64,000 nt of DNA. Origin: Acidovorax sp. Its GTDB lineage: Bacteria > Pseudomonadota > Gammaproteobacteria > Burkholderiales > Burkholderiaceae_C. The notes below the pieces were generated by a model that was not told the origin of the DNA, made no database searches, and saw nothing but the letters and a program-made list of their open reading frames with translations. Below are positions 62,567-64,000 of the stretch, one piece after another. Each line of letters opens with the position of its first letter. The stretch's first letter is position 1. Where the stretch lies: positions 223 to 64,222 of the forward strand of contig JAKFEA010000073.1 in assembly GCA_036675905.1 (NCBI GenBank). Direction: 5' to 3'. The translations under genes and the position numbers were made by a program.

Positions 62567-62656
62567 CGCCACCCAATCCTACAACCAATTACATCCAATA
62601 TGTCACTGGTGGCGGCGCGCAGCGCGACAGTCCCAGCAACGCCGAGTTGCGCCCAG

Positions 62657-63574
62657 CTATTCGATGTTCTGCACCTGCTCGCGCATCTGCTCGATCAGTA
62701 CTTTCATGTCCACCGAGATGCGCGTCAGCTCGAGCGCCGCCGATTTGGAGCCCAGGGTGTTGGCTTCGCGGTGCAGCTCCTGGATCAGGAAATCCAGCCG
62801 CTTGCCGACCTCGCCGCCCTTCTTGACCAGGCGCTCGATCTCGTCGAGGTGGGCGGCCAGCCGCGTGAGTTCCTCGGCCACGTCGATGCGGATGGCGAAA
62901 GCCGTGGCTTCGGCCAGCGCGCGGTCCTGGGCCACTTCCGGCGTGGCCGTGCCTTCGGCCAGCCCCATGGCCTCGTTCCAGCGCTCCAGGAAGCGGGTGC
63001 GCTGCTGCTCCACGAGTTGCGGCACGAGCGGCCCGGCCTGTTCGGCCAGGGCGCGCAGCTGCTTCAGGTGGCCGAGCAGCATGGCGGCCAGGCGGGCGCC
63101 CTCGCGCTCGCGCGCGGCCACCAGGTCGTCGATCGTCTGCCGGGCCAGTTCCTGCAGGGCGGGGCCGGGGTCGGCATGCGGCGCTTCTTCGCCGGCGCCC
63201 AGTCGCAGCACGTCGGCCACGCTCAGCGCGCGCGCGTCGGGCAGCCAGCTGCGCACCGTGTCCTGCATCGCGGACAGCCGCTGCAGCAGGCGGGCGGTCG
63301 GCTCGCGCACGGTGTCGGCCTGCGACGATTCCAGGCCGGCGCGCAGTTCGACCTTGCCGCGCTTCAGGCGGCCTTGCAGCAGTTCGCGCAGCGCGGGTTC
63401 GTGCTGGCGCAAGTCCTCCGACAGCCGCAGCGACAGGTCGAGGAAGCGGCTGTTGACGGAGCGGATCTCCAGCCCGAGCCGGCCCTGCGACTGCGCCTTT
63501 GCATCGTGTCCGGGCGCGCCGGCGGCCAGGCTTTGCTGCCCGCTTGCGTAACCGGTCATGCTGTAAACTGGCAT
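62657..63574 (-). CDS. yicC: YicC/YloC family endoribonuclease
   Basis: [36 protein letters not shown] and [10 protein letters not shown]. Confidence 0.95.
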   Translation of the reverse strand: MPVYSMTGYASGQQSLAAGAPGHDAKAQSQGRLGLEIRSVNSRFLDLSLRLSEDLRQHEPALRELLQGRLKRGKVELRAGLESSQADTVREPTARLLQRLSAMQDTVRSWLPDARALSVADVLRLGAGEEAPHADPGPALQELARQTIDDLVAAREREGARLAAMLLGHLKQLRALAEQAGPLVPQLVEQQRTRFLERWNEAMGLAEGTATPEVAQDRALAEATAFAIRIDVAEELTRLAAHLDEIERLVKKGGEVGKRLDFLIQELHREANTLGSKSAALELTRISVDMKVLIEQMREQVQNIE

Positions 63575-63642
63575 CGACTCTCTGGGGTGTTGCGGGATAG
63601 CGAGGATAACGGGGCCGCGCCGGCGGCCCTAGACTGGAAATT

Positions 63643-64000
63643 ATGTCAAAGGTCAAGCCGGCGCCCTTGCCACCGGATACGGTCATAGGCGGCTATCGCG
63701 TCGTGCGCAAGCTCTCCGCCGGCGGCTTCGGCGTCGTTTACCTGGCGGTTGACAGCGAAGGCCAGCAGGTCGCGATCAAGGAATACCTCCCCGCTTCGCT
63801 CGCCACCCGCGCGCCCGGCGAGCTGCTGCCGCAGGTGCAGCCCGAGAAACTCTCGCTCTACCGCCTGGGCCTCAAGAGCTTCTTCGAGGAAGGCCGTTCG
63901 CTCGCCCAGATCTCGCACGCCTCGGTGGTCAGCGTGCTCAACTTCTTCCGCGAGAACGAGACCGTCTACATGGTGATGAACTACCTGGAGGGCGCGACCC
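63643..64000 (+). CDS. Serine/threonine protein kinase, 3'-truncated by the window edge
   Basis: Read by hand: MSKVKPAPLPPDTVIGGYRVVRKLSAGGFGVVYLA...VAIKEY; absent from the ORF track because there is no stop in the window. Confidence 0.9.
   Translation, partial: MSKVKPAPLPPDTVIGGYRVVRKLSAGGFGVVYLAVDSEGQQVAIKEYLPASLATRAPGELLPQVQPEKLSLYRLGLKSFFEEGRSLAQISHASVVSVLNFFRENETVYMVMNYLEGAT

Noticed and set aside
60332-62680. att-site direct repeats flanking the Fic/HNH islet
   Set aside because: No copy of the yicC 3' end was seen near gmk, so the insertion mechanism is unsupported.

Overview
High-GC betaproteobacterial chromosome segment. Gene content and order point to Comamonadaceae, probably Ramlibacter-like (inference). 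Most of it is core genome: the end of a Liv-type ABC transporter, trmL/comF/bioC-like, a full cytochrome c oxidase (cox) and haem A assembly cluster, rpoH, selD, ftsY, an M16 peptidase pair, rsmD-coaD, pth-rplY-prs-tRNA-Gln-ispE-lolB, mutM-dynamin-like-mutY, rapZ-recN-nadK, hrcA, tRNA-Ile2 and tRNA-Arg, greB, spoT-rpoZ-gmk, yicC and a Ser/Thr kinase. Three blocks look accessory. (i) A Dpp/Opp-type ABC, amidase, TTC38-like TPR and alpha/beta-hydrolase operon lies between coaD and yfhL. (ii) A c-di-GMP/phosphorelay cluster follows tRNA-Arg, with a shared GTAGG-N6-CCTAC palindrome, a Cys-less LOV-like PAS domain and a ChpT-like pseudo-kinase. (iii) A Fic plus HNH-endonuclease islet of atypical composition lies between yicC and gmk and is a candidate defence module. 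Regulatory signals read directly from the sequence include a perfect CIRCE upstream of rpoH, FNR boxes at the cox promoter, an L25-leader-like hairpin, two candidate sRNAs, several REP-like hairpins and many probable leaderless promoters. No CRISPR array, integrase or transposase was seen. All calls are by eye, with no database searches.
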